Below, in pieces: positions 55,217-64,000 of a stretch of 64,000 bases of DNA (positions within the stretch are counted from its first letter, which is position 1; each line of letters begins with the position of its first letter). Origin of the DNA: Candidatus Marinacidobacterales bacterium (lineage in GTDB: Bacteria > Acidobacteriota > Vicinamibacteria > Marinacidobacterales > SMYC01); the NCBI GenBank assembly GCA_965237955.1, contig OZ250169.1, forward strand, positions 3,744,001 to 3,808,000, in the 5' to 3' direction. The position numbers and the translations under genes were made by a program. The notes below the pieces were generated by a model. The model was not told the origin of the DNA and made no database searches. It worked only from the letters and a program-made list of their open reading frames with translations.

Positions 55217-56880
55217 ACCCTCGATGATTTGAAGGCAGTGTTGGGTACCGATGTGGACTCGACCGTCTTCCGAAAGCTCAATGAGTTGGCGTATCGGACA
55301 AGCTACTCCCACCGTGGTAGCTACTACACGTTGGACGAGATCGCCCAGTTCGATCGAAAAGGTCTTTGGTCGTTGCGCTCAGTGTGGTTCTCGAAGTACG
55401 GGACGTTGCTTGCGACGGTAAAAGCGTTGGTCGCGGCCTGTGAGGCAGGCTACTACGTCGACGAGCTCGAGGACGAGGTGCAGGTTGACGTCAAGGCTCC
55501 TCTGTTGAAACTGGTCCGAGAGAAAAGATTGGCGCGCGAGCAGGTGTTCGGCCGATATCTGTATCTGGCCACCGATGTGAGCACGCGCAAGCAACAGCTC
55601 TCGGCCCGCCAGGTACAAGAGGCGTCACCTTCCACGTTGGGCTGGGTCGGGGGAGTCCGCGTGCTCCCCGTGGAGTTGAAGGCTGCGATCGTTCTTTTCT
55701 ACAGCCTGCTCGATGAAAAGCAGCGCCGTCTCTACGCGGGAGTCGAGGCCATGAAGCTCGGTCACGGTGGCGACCAACAGATTGCCGAACTGCTCGGGAT
55801 GGATCCGAGCACGGTAGCCAGAGGTCGTAGGGAATTACTAATGAGAGATGTTGAGCTCGACGGAGTTCGGCGAAAGGGTGGCGGACGGCGCGCCGTGCAA
55901 AAAAAAACGCCAGAAGTCATCGCCAAGATCGAAGAACTCATGAAGCACGACACCGCGGGCGATCCGATGACGGGAGTGAAATGGACGCGGCGGACCACCG
56001 ACAAGATTGCTTGCGAGCTAAGAAGCCTCGGTGTGAACGTCAGCAGCAAAACCGTCGGTCGACTGCTCAAACAGCTCGGCTTCTCGTTGCGGGTGAACCA
56101 CAAGAAGCTGTGCGGTGCCACGTCCGAAGATCGCGATACCCAATTCGCGTGTATCGCCGAACTGCGCGAGCGTTTTGCCGCAGCTGGTCATCCCATCATC
56201 AGCGTAGACACGAAGAAACGGGAGCTGGTGGGATTATTCAAAAACGGCGGGCAGGCCTGGAACCGCGAGCCGACTCTCGTCAAAGACCATGACTTCCGTT
56301 CCGAATCGAACGGCATCGCAATCCCCTACGGCGTCTACGATCTGCTCGCGAACCGCGGGACAGTGTTCATTGGTACCTCGTACAACACCCCGGACTTCGC
56401 CGTGAATGCCATCGAGAAGTGGTGGCGAACGGAAGGACGGCGACGCTATCCTGCAGCCCGTGACCTCGCGATATTGGCAGACGCCGGGGGCAGCAATGGC
56501 TATCGGTGTCGGGGTTGGAAGCACGGGCTTCAAACGCGGATTTGCAATCGCCACGACATCGCTATCACCATAGCCCACTATCCGTCCGGTACATCCAAGT
56601 GGAATCCAGTGGAGCACCGTCTGTTCAGCGAGATCAGCAAGAACTGGGCGGGCAGGCCTCTCGACAGCTACGAAACCATCCTCAAATACATCCGCACGAC
56701 CACCACCTCTTCCGGTTTGCGGGTACGCGCACACCTTATCCGGCGTCGTTATCCGAAGGGCGTCAAAATCACTGACGAGCGGATGCAGGCGCTTTCCGTT
56801 ACAAAGGACCAGACTCTACCCAAATGGAACTACACCATCCGACCGTCTTGAAAACGGGAACTTATTTTGTCGCCGGCCCT
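55217..56880 (+). mobile_element. ISAzo13 family element, copy B, lacking its in-line 5' end
   Basis: Long ORF to 56851 with the ISAzo13 transposase core; same terminus ...CTTATTTTGTCGCCGGCCCT. Confidence 0.9.
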
Positions 56881-56883
56881 TAG

Positions 56884-57033
56884 GACGAGGGCGTTTTCTA
56901 TGGCAGTCAAGAGATCGACGGCGTTCGTGTCGCCTCGCCGGTTCAGCGATACCTTGATCTTGCGTCGATTAAAGGCAGAGGCGAAGAGGCGGCCGGCGCC
57001 GTGCTCGACCTAGAGCTTCGACCGCAATGGTAA
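56884..57033 (+). pseudogene. C-terminal fragment of a type IV TA (AbiEi-like) antitoxin
   Basis: DEGVFYG..IDGVRVASPVQRYLDL....GRGEEAA...W*; its stop overlaps the next ATG. Confidence 0.65.
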
Positions 57034-57434
57034 CGCGAAAGGATTACGCTGCCGATGCCGTGGCGGCAGCTCGGTCCGTCCTCATCGAGCTCACGCACCT
57101 TTTAGGTGAGTATCACGATGACATGGTCGTCGTCAGTGGCTGGGTTCCAGAGCTTTTGTTGCCGAACGCGAACGAGCGTCACGTCGGAAGTCTCGATGTC
57201 GATATCGCCATCGACCATCGCAGCATCCCGGAGCACGTCTATCGAACGATCCAGGAACTCCTCTTGAGTCGGGGATACGAACAGGGCGACCAGCCGTTCG
57301 TTTTTGTGCGACTTGTGGAGAACGTTCTGATCGAGGTTGATCTTCTAGCAGGGGAGTACGGGGGTACAGGTCGAAACCGGAGACACCAGACAATCCAGCC
57401 GTCTCACAGACCTTCGCCGTTGTCACCAACGTGA
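57027..57434 (+). pseudogene. Truncated nucleotidyltransferase (AbiEii-like toxin)
   Basis: V(S)GWVP.LL....HVGSLDVD motif; coupled to the antitoxin fragment; ends abruptly. Confidence 0.6.
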
Positions 57435-57815
57435 CGGTGACATGCCTCTACATCATCGTTGGCCTTCTCGGGCTGCGGTTGATCCTGAGAAAGACGTGGC
57501 TTGCCGTCGGTGCGACTTTCGTTCTGATGACTGCGATTTGGGCTCCGGGCTACCCCTATTGGGGTTTCATCCCCGTGGGGCTATCGTCCGGCGCGTGGCC
57601 TCTACGTGTTCCTGCGCTTCGGCCGGCTCCCCGCCATGGTGGGAGGCTTCGTTGTCGAGCTCTTGCAGAGCTATCCACTCACCGTCGATGTTACAGCCTG
57701 ATACTCCTATGCGACGTATCTCGTCGCGGTCGTCGTTTTGGCGACCGCCACCTATGGCTTCCAGGTTTCATTGGCGGGACGGCCGGCGTTCGGGGAGTTG
57801 ATGGCCGAAGAGTAG
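57431..57815 (+). pseudogene. Frameshifted fragment of a multi-pass membrane protein
   Basis: Hydrophobic segments in two frames, ending SLAGRPAFGELMAEE*. Confidence 0.4.
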
Positions 57816-57846
57816 GAACCGCAACCAGTTCCTGTACGGCCTTCGG

Positions 57847-58122
57847 TTATCGGCGCTCGAGAATCCGGCGATAGACTTCGCGCCGGTGGGCGACACCCAC
57901 GACGTACACCACGACCTCCGTCACGTGCACCTCGTAGACGATACGGTAGTCCCCGATTCGAATGCGGTAAGCGTTCTGCCGTCCTCGTATGCGTCCGGCG
58001 CCCACAGGGATAGGGTCATCCACGAGCGTGTCGATGGTCGCCTTTACCCGGCGACGCGTCTTTGCGGGAAGTTTTCTGATCTCCTTGGGAACGGCCGCGT
58101 GCAGCAGAACCTTATATTTCGT
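57847..58122 (-). CDS. RelE/ParE family toxin (ACG start; not in the ORF track)
   Basis: TKYKVLLH..V.KEIRKLP...YRIRIGDYRIVYEV....VYVVGVAHRREVYR; overlaps the antitoxin stop. Confidence 0.8.
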   Translation of the reverse strand, partial: TKYKVLLHAAVPKEIRKLPAKTRRRVKATIDTLVDDPIPVGAGRIRGRQNAYRIRIGDYRIVYEVHVTEVVVYVVGVAHRREVYRRILERR

Positions 58123-58312
58123 CTCGGGCCTCTTCCCACTCGACCCAGGGACCGCGCCGACGCTCCTCGATCAAAGCAAGATCCTCCGCGTCTTCCAACC
58201 ATTGTGCGATTGCCTCCTGGACGACCGCTTGGGCTTTGAGACCGTGCTCGTCGCAGTAGCGATCCAAGAGCTCCTTCAGCTCTTCGTCGATACGATGCGT
58301 GATCGTGACCAT
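58112..58312 (-). CDS. RHH-type antitoxin (RelB/DUF6290-like)
   Basis: MVTITHRIDEELKELLD...EAIAQWLEDAED; directly upstream of the RelE-type gene. Confidence 0.8.
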   Translation of the reverse strand: MVTITHRIDEELKELLDRYCDEHGLKAQAVVQEAIAQWLEDAEDLALIEERRRGPWVEWEEARDEI

Positions 58313-58377
58313 GGATGTAGCTTAACTCAGGCACCAAGCATTTGCAAGCTTTCGCTGGCATCTCAGGGACCCCCACC

Positions 58378-59402
58378 TCAACCAGTCTTGGGGTGCCCAT
58401 CGACGTCATGAAGGAGGCGGCGGTGCGGCGGAGGTCGTGGCCGCGCAGCTCGATGCTCGGTCGCGTGCGAATGCGCTCGATCGCTTTTTGGGTGCTTCGC
58501 ATGTGCCCTTCGCCCCCGGGGCTCGGAAATACCCATGGGGAGTCGGTGTCTTCGAGCTCGCGCAGGAGATCGATCGCGGCATCTGACAACGGCACGCGGT
58601 GGGGTAGTCCGTTCTTGCTGCGCTCGGCTGGGATGGTCCACCAGCGGGCGTCGAGCTCGACGTCTTCCCAATGCATCGTGATGACTTCGCCACCGCGTTG
58701 GGCGGTGAGGAGTCTCAGCTTCAGCGCGCAGGCGACGACGAGACTCTCGTGCGATAGAGCACTCCAGAACTTGCGAATGTCACCCTCGCTCAGCACGTGG
58801 TGGCGGTGGCGGATCTTGGCGGGTCGGGGTAGGCCGCGGCAGGGGCTGTCATCGACGAGGTCGCGCGAGATCGCCCAGTTATAGATTTTTCGAATCAGTG
58901 CGTGGGTCTGATTTGCCTCGGCAGGGGCCGGGCGATGGACGATGTCCTCGAGAAGCCGGCGTAGATCGGCGCGGGTGATCTCCTTGGCCAACGCGGGCCC
59001 GAGAATTGGGAGGAGATTCTTTCGAATCCTTCGCTGGTCCTCTTTCCAACTCCGCTTATTGGGTTTGGCGTGGCGCTCGAGGTATTCGGCGGCCAGTTCT
59101 GCGAACGTACCAGCTTGGCGCTCTTCGATCTTGCGGGCAGCCGGATCACCGCCCATGGCGACTTCGGCTAATGCCGCCTTGGCCATCGTGCGGGCCTGGC
59201 TCAGGCTCAGCGGCGGGTACCGCCCCAGGGTGTAGCGGCGCAGACGCCTCCCCCGCCGGTACAGCACACAGAAGCTTTTGCGGCCGGACGGCGTGACGCG
59301 AACGGAGAACCCAGGGAGGAACTCGTCAAAGTACTCCGTTCGCTGCCCGCCGACCGGCCGCAGCTTGTGTACAGCGTGTGCCGTGAGTTTCGCTCTCGGC
59401 AT
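58378..59402 (-). pseudogene. Tyrosine recombinase/integrase with Arm-DNA-binding domain, truncated before the catalytic Tyr
   Basis: GFSVRVTPSGRKSF, TLGRYP, LTAQRGGE, KNG..H and HDLRRT motifs; similarity ends at GTPRLV. Confidence 0.82.
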
Positions 59403-59480
59403 CTACTGAGTAAGACGAGAAACGGGGCACGCAACCTCCCTTGAGAATTGACAAAGGCGCGGAAACGCGCGTTAATAATA

Positions 59481-61694
59481 ATGAGACCCAAAAATTTCAT
59501 ATTAGGACCAACCGTGCGCGGAGATTTGCGTCAATCCAGCCTGGCCGAAGTGATGCGGCACCTGTATGCCGAGCGCCAGAGCGGGATTTTGTATGTCTCG
59601 CGTCAGAACATCCGCAAGCGCATCCACCTCAGAAAAGGTGTAGCGATCTTTGCCGACGCTGGGGACGGTCAGGTGGCCGAAGTGATGCGGCACCTGTATG
59701 CCGAGCGCCAGAGCGGGATTTTGTATGTCTCGCGTCAGAACATCCGCAAGCGCATCCACCTCAGAAAAGGTGTAGCGATCTTTGCCGACGCTGGGGACGG
59801 TCAGGTCCAAACCCGTGAGCAAGCGGAACTTCTAGCGTACTCGCTGTTTACCTGGACTTCGGGCGAGTTCGCCTTCGAAGAAGGCGAGCCTGACATCGAC
59901 GACTCGCTGGCTTTCGAGGGCTCCCCCTCGACGGTAATTCTCGAGGGAAGCCGGCGCATCGACGAGCTGGAAATCCTGGAGCAGTTGCTCGGGGGGCGCG
60001 ACGCCGTTTTCGCATGCACCAAAACGTCAGTGCTCCCGTTGTTCAAGATGAAGCTGTCGCCTGCAGAAAATGCCATTCTCACGTTCGCTCGAGAGCGAGG
60101 GCGCTTCACGGCGGCGGATCTTCCGCTTCCTACGCAGGACTTGGCAGTCGTGTCTGCGTTGAACGCCCTCGTGGCCGTCGGACTTTTGGAGATCGAGAAA
60201 AAGGCCAAAGCGCCTGAGCCCGTTCCCGTCCCGGCGCCGACGCCCCCGGCGCCCGCCGCGCCAGCCCCACCGGCCGCACAAGCACCGGAGCCCGCGCTAG
60301 CACCAGCACCAGCAGCACCCGTGCCCGAAGCAGCACCCGCGCCCGAAGCAGCACCCGCGCCCGAAGCAGCACCCGCGCCGAGCGTTCCTCCTCCTGCTCC
60401 TGAACCGGCTCCGCAGGCGAGCAACGTCGCGCCGAGCGCTCCCAGCGATATGGAACAGCTGTTGAGCACCTACGAGGCGAAACGCAGTGGGCTTCCGCCG
60501 CCTCAGCCGGCTCCACAACCATCGCCGCCGCCCGTGCAAGCAACAACGCCACCGCCGGAGCCACCCATCATCGAACCCGCCGTAGCACCTCCGGAGCCAG
60601 CCATCGTAGCGCCCGAGCCTGCGCCGCCGCCTCCGCCCGCGCCGCCCGTCGTCGACGCGGCTCCTCCGATGCCTGAACCCGAGCCTCCGCCAGCGCCACC
60701 CGCGATCCGGCCTCCGAGAAAGCCGGATCCGCCCATTGCGCCGGCGCCGCCGCGACCATCGCTAGCGGAACTGGTTGCGGAGTGGAAGGCCGCAATCCTC
60801 GAGCGTCTTCCGGAAGGGAAAGCACGCCTCATCGCTGGCGGCTCGATCGCGCTCGTCACCTTGAGCATCGTGTCGGTCCTGTGGCTCACTTCAGGAAGCG
60901 ACGAGGCGTCGCAGTCCGATGCGGTGGTCGCTGCCGATTCCGAGCCGACGAAGCCAGAGCCGCCTGCGCCTGCACCCAAGCCGGAACCCGTTCCCGCTCC
61001 CGAGCCGGAACCGAGCGAAGCGGAGCTTTTCTATCGAGCGAACCTCGCGTTCGAGAGCGGAGACTTCGCGCAGAGCAAAGCGGAATTGACGAAGCTTCTC
61101 GAGCTCCAACCGGATCTCGCGGCGGCGCGTGAGCTCATGACTCGAGTCGCGCGCGAGCTCGCTCCCAAACCGGAGCCTCCGAAACCGAAGCCGCGTCCGC
61201 GACGCGTCGTCCGAAAGCCGCCGTCCAAACCGGAGCCCAAGCCCGAGCCGGAACCCGTGCAGCCGGCCCCTCCCACGCCGAACGCGCTGTTCGCGGACGC
61301 GCGCGCCGCGCTCAACCGCGGCGAGCTCGAAAACGCTCAGGTCAAGCTCGACGAGCTCGAGACGCTAAACCGGTCGTATCCGGGAGCGCGGCAGCTCCAG
61401 AACGAGCTGTCCGATCGTTTCTGGGAACGGAAACTTCCGCTGGCCTTCAGCACCCGGCACGACCACGCGCTCGGCGGTTGTAACGGCGTTCTGACGCTGA
61501 CGTCACGGGGCTACGGTTATCGCTCCGACGAGCATGATTGGTTCTGGAGCTTTGGGGAAATCGGGACGACCGATCGAAGAGGCGCACGCCGCCTGCGCAT
61601 CGAGACCAACGGCGGCAAAAGCTACAACTTCGAGCTGCGCGATGCTTTGTCCAACGACGACTGGGCGCGCTACCAACGAGTCAGGTCGCGTTGA
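59481..61694 (+). CDS. DUF4388-domain protein with Pro-rich linker, TM segment and TPR-like region
   Basis: GDL...SL.EV, SG.L, LFTWTSGEF.F and ILEGSRRIDE motifs. Confidence 0.72.
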   Translation: MRPKNFILGPTVRGDLRQSSLAEVMRHLYAERQSGILYVSRQNIRKRIHLRKGVAIFADAGDGQVAEVMRHLYAERQSGILYVSRQNIRKRIHLRKGVAIFADAGDGQVQTREQAELLAYSLFTWTSGEFAFEEGEPDIDDSLAFEGSPSTVILEGSRRIDELEILEQLLGGRDAVFACTKTSVLPLFKMKLSPAENAILTFARERGRFTAADLPLPTQDLAVVSALNALVAVGLLEIEKKAKAPEPVPVPAPTPPAPAAPAPPAAQAPEPALAPAPAAPVPEAAPAPEAAPAPEAAPAPSVPPPAPEPAPQASNVAPSAPSDMEQLLSTYEAKRSGLPPPQPAPQPSPPPVQATTPPPEPPIIEPAVAPPEPAIVAPEPAPPPPPAPPVVDAAPPMPEPEPPPAPPAIRPPRKPDPPIAPAPPRPSLAELVAEWKAAILERLPEGKARLIAGGSIALVTLSIVSVLWLTSGSDEASQSDAVVAADSEPTKPEPPAPAPKPEPVPAPEPEPSEAELFYRANLAFESGDFAQSKAELTKLLELQPDLAAARELMTRVARELAPKPEPPKPKPRPRRVVRKPPSKPEPKPEPEPVQPAPPTPNALFADARAALNRGELENAQVKLDELETLNRSYPGARQLQNELSDRFWERKLPLAFSTRHDHALGGCNGVLTLTSRGYGYRSDEHDWFWSFGEIGTTDRRGARRLRIETNGGKSYNFELRDALSNDDWARYQRVRSR
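59542..59806 (+). repeat. Exact in-frame 132-bp tandem duplication
   Basis: AEVMRHL...GDGQV (44 aa) occurs twice with identical DNA. Confidence 0.9.
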
Positions 61695-61699
61695 GATAG

Positions 61700-62359
61700 C
61701 GCTCTTCAATCACCACCCGGTGGTGGATCTCGTGGCCGGACTCTACCCGACACTTCTCGCAGCCGGCGCCGTTTGGTGGGAAGGATTTTTCGCACGACAC
61801 GCGGACCGACTCCGTTGGGCGTTCGTGGGTGTTGTCCTCGCCGGTGGCCTGGCGCTGGCGCCGTTGTTCCAATCGCTCCTGCCACCGGCCGCTCTCGCGC
61901 GCTTCGCGGGGTTCGTCGGCATCGACACGCAAATCGAGCGCGGCGAAGGCAAGCGCGCGGAGCTTCCTCAGTGGCTGGCCGATCGCTTCGGGTGGGAGGA
62001 GCTCGTGGCCCAAGTTGCCGCGATCTACGAAAACCTGCCACCGAATGAGCAACGCCTCGCGCTGATCCTCGCGCCTAGTTATGGGCATGCGGGCGCGCTC
62101 GAGTTATTGGGAGAGCCATACGAGCTTCCGCCCATCGTCTCGGCGCACAACCCGGCTCGCCGACGGGCCGGTCATCGTCATCGGCTCGAACCGAAACGAC
62201 CTCGAATCGGTGTTCAACGACGTCCAGCAGGTGGGAATCTACGAGTGTGATTACTGCATGAATTGGCTGAACGACACGCCAATTTTTGTCGGCCGCCAAT
62301 CCAAGCTTACGGCCTCAGAGTTCGAAGAGGCGTGGGAAGGCTTCAAGCACTACGAGTAA
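61700..62359 (+). pseudogene. C-terminal fragment of a GT39/ArnT-like membrane glycosyltransferase
   Basis: LPQWLADRFGWEEL, YGHAGALE and SAHN motifs, then a frameshift to WEGFKHYE*. Confidence 0.65.
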
Positions 62360-62962
62360 TTAATTGTCGGTTTCAGCCCAGAGCTTTTCGAGAACGCGGT
62401 CGCGACCACAGCCTCGACGGTAGAGCTTGTAGCGAAACTTGTGCCGCTGGTAGTAATCCTGGTGGTATTCCTCAGCGCGGTAGAACGTGGTCGCCTCCGT
62501 CACTTCCGTCGCCACCGTTTTCGGGAGCCTCCCGGACGCATCGATTTTTTGCTTCGACGCCTCGGCGAGCTGTCGTTGCTCTTCCGAGAGGTAGAAGATG
62601 CCGCTGCGATACTGTGAGCCGCGGTCGCAGAACTGACCTTTCGCGTCGGTGGGATCGATGTTGACCCAGAAGACTTCGAGTAGCTTTTCGTAGCTGACCT
62701 TGGCCGGGTCGTAGACGATCTCGACGGCTTCGGTGTGACCGGTACCACCGGACGACACCTGTTCGTAGCTAGGATTGTCGAGATGCCCACCGATGTAGCC
62801 GGACGTCGTCGACACCACTCCGTCGAGCGCGTCGAAGGGAGGCTCCATGCACCAGAAACAGCCTCCCGCGAAGGTTGCCTTCGCGAGCTCCGGCTCCTCT
62901 TGCGCTTCGGGTGCCATCCCCAGGATGAGAAACGCTAATGCCATCGTGGTGAGATTCATCAT
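62360..62962 (-). CDS. msrA: Peptide methionine sulfoxide reductase A
   Basis: AGGCFWC, GHTEAV, GQFCDRG.QY and AEEYHQDYY motifs. Confidence 0.95.
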   Translation of the reverse strand: MMNLTTMALAFLILGMAPEAQEEPELAKATFAGGCFWCMEPPFDALDGVVSTTSGYIGGHLDNPSYEQVSSGGTGHTEAVEIVYDPAKVSYEKLLEVFWVNIDPTDAKGQFCDRGSQYRSGIFYLSEEQRQLAEASKQKIDASGRLPKTVATEVTEATTFYRAEEYHQDYYQRHKFRYKLYRRGCGRDRVLEKLWAETDN

Positions 62963-62967
62963 GTCGG

Positions 62968-63477
62968 CTAGCTCCGGAGCGCTGGAAGCTCTTCGCCTTG
63001 GGGAACAAAGAGAAGAGCCAGGCCGTTGTTGCACCACCTCTGCCCGGTCGGCTTGGGTCCATCGTTGAAGATGTGACCCTGGTGGCCGCCGCAGCGGTTG
63101 CAGTGGTATTCCGTTCGCGGATAGATCAGCTTGAAATCACGCTTCGTGCCGGCGTGGCCTTCGATCTCCTGATAGAAGCTCGGCCAGCCGGTGCCGCTCT
63201 CGAACTTCGTAGATGCATCGAAAAGCGGCAGGTAGCACGCCGCACAGATGAACGTTCCCGCGCGCTTTTCCTCGAGGAGCGAGCTCGTGAACGCGCGCTC
63301 GGTGCCCTCTTCGAAGAGGATCCGGTAGCGGTCTTTTTCCAGCAGCTCGCGCCACTCGTCCTTGGACTTTTCGAGTTTCGCAATCGTTTCTTTGGATGTC
63401 GTCATCGTTTTGCCCCAAATCGTTGTGGGAACCACCAGGGAAAGCCCCGCAATGCCCAGAAATTCTCGTCGCCGCAT
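62968..63477 (-). CDS. msrB: Peptide methionine sulfoxide reductase B (Tat signal)
   Basis: GTERAF, SGTGWPSF and GHQGHIFNDGP..TG.RWCNN motifs; RRREFL signal. Confidence 0.95.
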   Translation of the reverse strand: MRRREFLGIAGLSLVVPTTIWGKTMTTSKETIAKLEKSKDEWRELLEKDRYRILFEEGTERAFTSSLLEEKRAGTFICAACYLPLFDASTKFESGTGWPSFYQEIEGHAGTKRDFKLIYPRTEYHCNRCGGHQGHIFNDGPKPTGQRWCNNGLALLFVPQGEELPALRS

Positions 63478-63583
63478 TTGCACACCTCCGTGACGTTTCT
63501 ACCTATATATGTGCGCCAAAGCCCCTGTTGGTTACATTACACCTTATTAATGTTCGACGAGCGACGCGCGTCGCCCCGACCCT

Positions 63584-63701
63584 CCCTCTCCCCCGTGGGG
63601 GGAGAGGGCCTGGGGTGAGGGGGATGTCCAGATTCACGAGCCGAGCCGCGCGGACTTTCGAGTCACAATGAGTAGTGCGGTAACACCCTCACCCCCCTCT
63701 C
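63584..63701. repeat. REP-like palindrome pair
   Basis: CCCTCTCCCCC-GTG-GGGGGAGAGGG..GGGGTGAGGG plus a truncated inverted partner ACCCTCACCCCCCTCTC. Confidence 0.7.
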
Positions 63702-63929
63702 ATCTACAGCGAGTTCGACTTCCGGCGCTCGCTCGAGTTTGTTGTCAACTACGGACGCGACAACGACGCGACCGCCGCGGTCACTGGAGCGCTGCTAGGC
63801 GCTTACGTCGGTGCGGAAGCGCTTCCCGAGAGGTGGGTTCACACGACGCTCGAGAGAAATCGCGCCATTGGGCTCGACCTCGAAGACTTGACCGATCGTC
63901 TCTTGTCTGCGATCGAGCGCCGCCGATAG
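63699..63929 (+). pseudogene. C-terminal fragment of an ADP-ribosylglycohydrolase
   Basis: VNYGRDNDATAAVTGALLGAYVGAEALPERW; no start; fused to the truncated REP arm. Confidence 0.72.
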
Positions 63930-64000
63930 CGCTTAGTCTTCGACGAGCCCGGCGCGCTTGATGAGAGCTCTGGCAAAAATCTGCCGGTGCTCGATGCTGA

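Noticed and set aside
58044-58377. C-terminal part of the 452-aa integrase ORF
   Set aside because: Read-through past a deletion into the TA locus, with no integrase motifs.
60200-60760. Short direct repeats such as GAAGCAGCACCCGCGCCC x3 as a CRISPR array
   Set aside because: No unique spacers; they encode the Pro/Ala-rich linker of the DUF4388 protein, and no cas genes are present.
62360-63477. MsrA or MsrB as additional selenoproteins
   Set aside because: Both have ordinary Cys codons at the catalytic sites.

Overview
GC-rich bacterial DNA. The gene content (several Hanks-type Ser/Thr kinases with TolB/TPR tails, C25 peptidases, a DUF4388 protein, an M81 peptidase) suggests an Acidobacteriota/Vicinamibacteria-like organism; this is inference only. 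Intact genes: tandem GH2 glycosidases, a Tat class-V aminotransferase, an S10 peptidase, trkA-trkH, acs, pepA, a GT2, a DUF222-like HNH nuclease, feoAB with a Fur box, mlrC-like, rtcB, msrA and msrB. These are mixed with heavy IS activity: two IS5/IS903-like copies, an ISL3 nested in another ISL3, an IS630 with two cognate ~125-bp MITEs, and a scrambled inverted ISAzo13 pair. About 20 genes are truncated or frameshifted. Best leads not visible in the ORF track: (1) a ~480-nt ISL3 leader with multi-stem structures whose G-U pairs all lie on the strand antisense to the transposase, one stem holding a DnaA-box-like 9-mer; (2) a lipoprotein rhodanese with UGA at the catalytic position (probable selenoprotein); (3) a CTAG-targeting IS630/MITE pair, where one MITE interrupts an in-frame host-transposase fusion; (4) a complete RelE-type toxin whose only possible start is ACG. 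No rRNA, tRNA or CRISPR array was seen.
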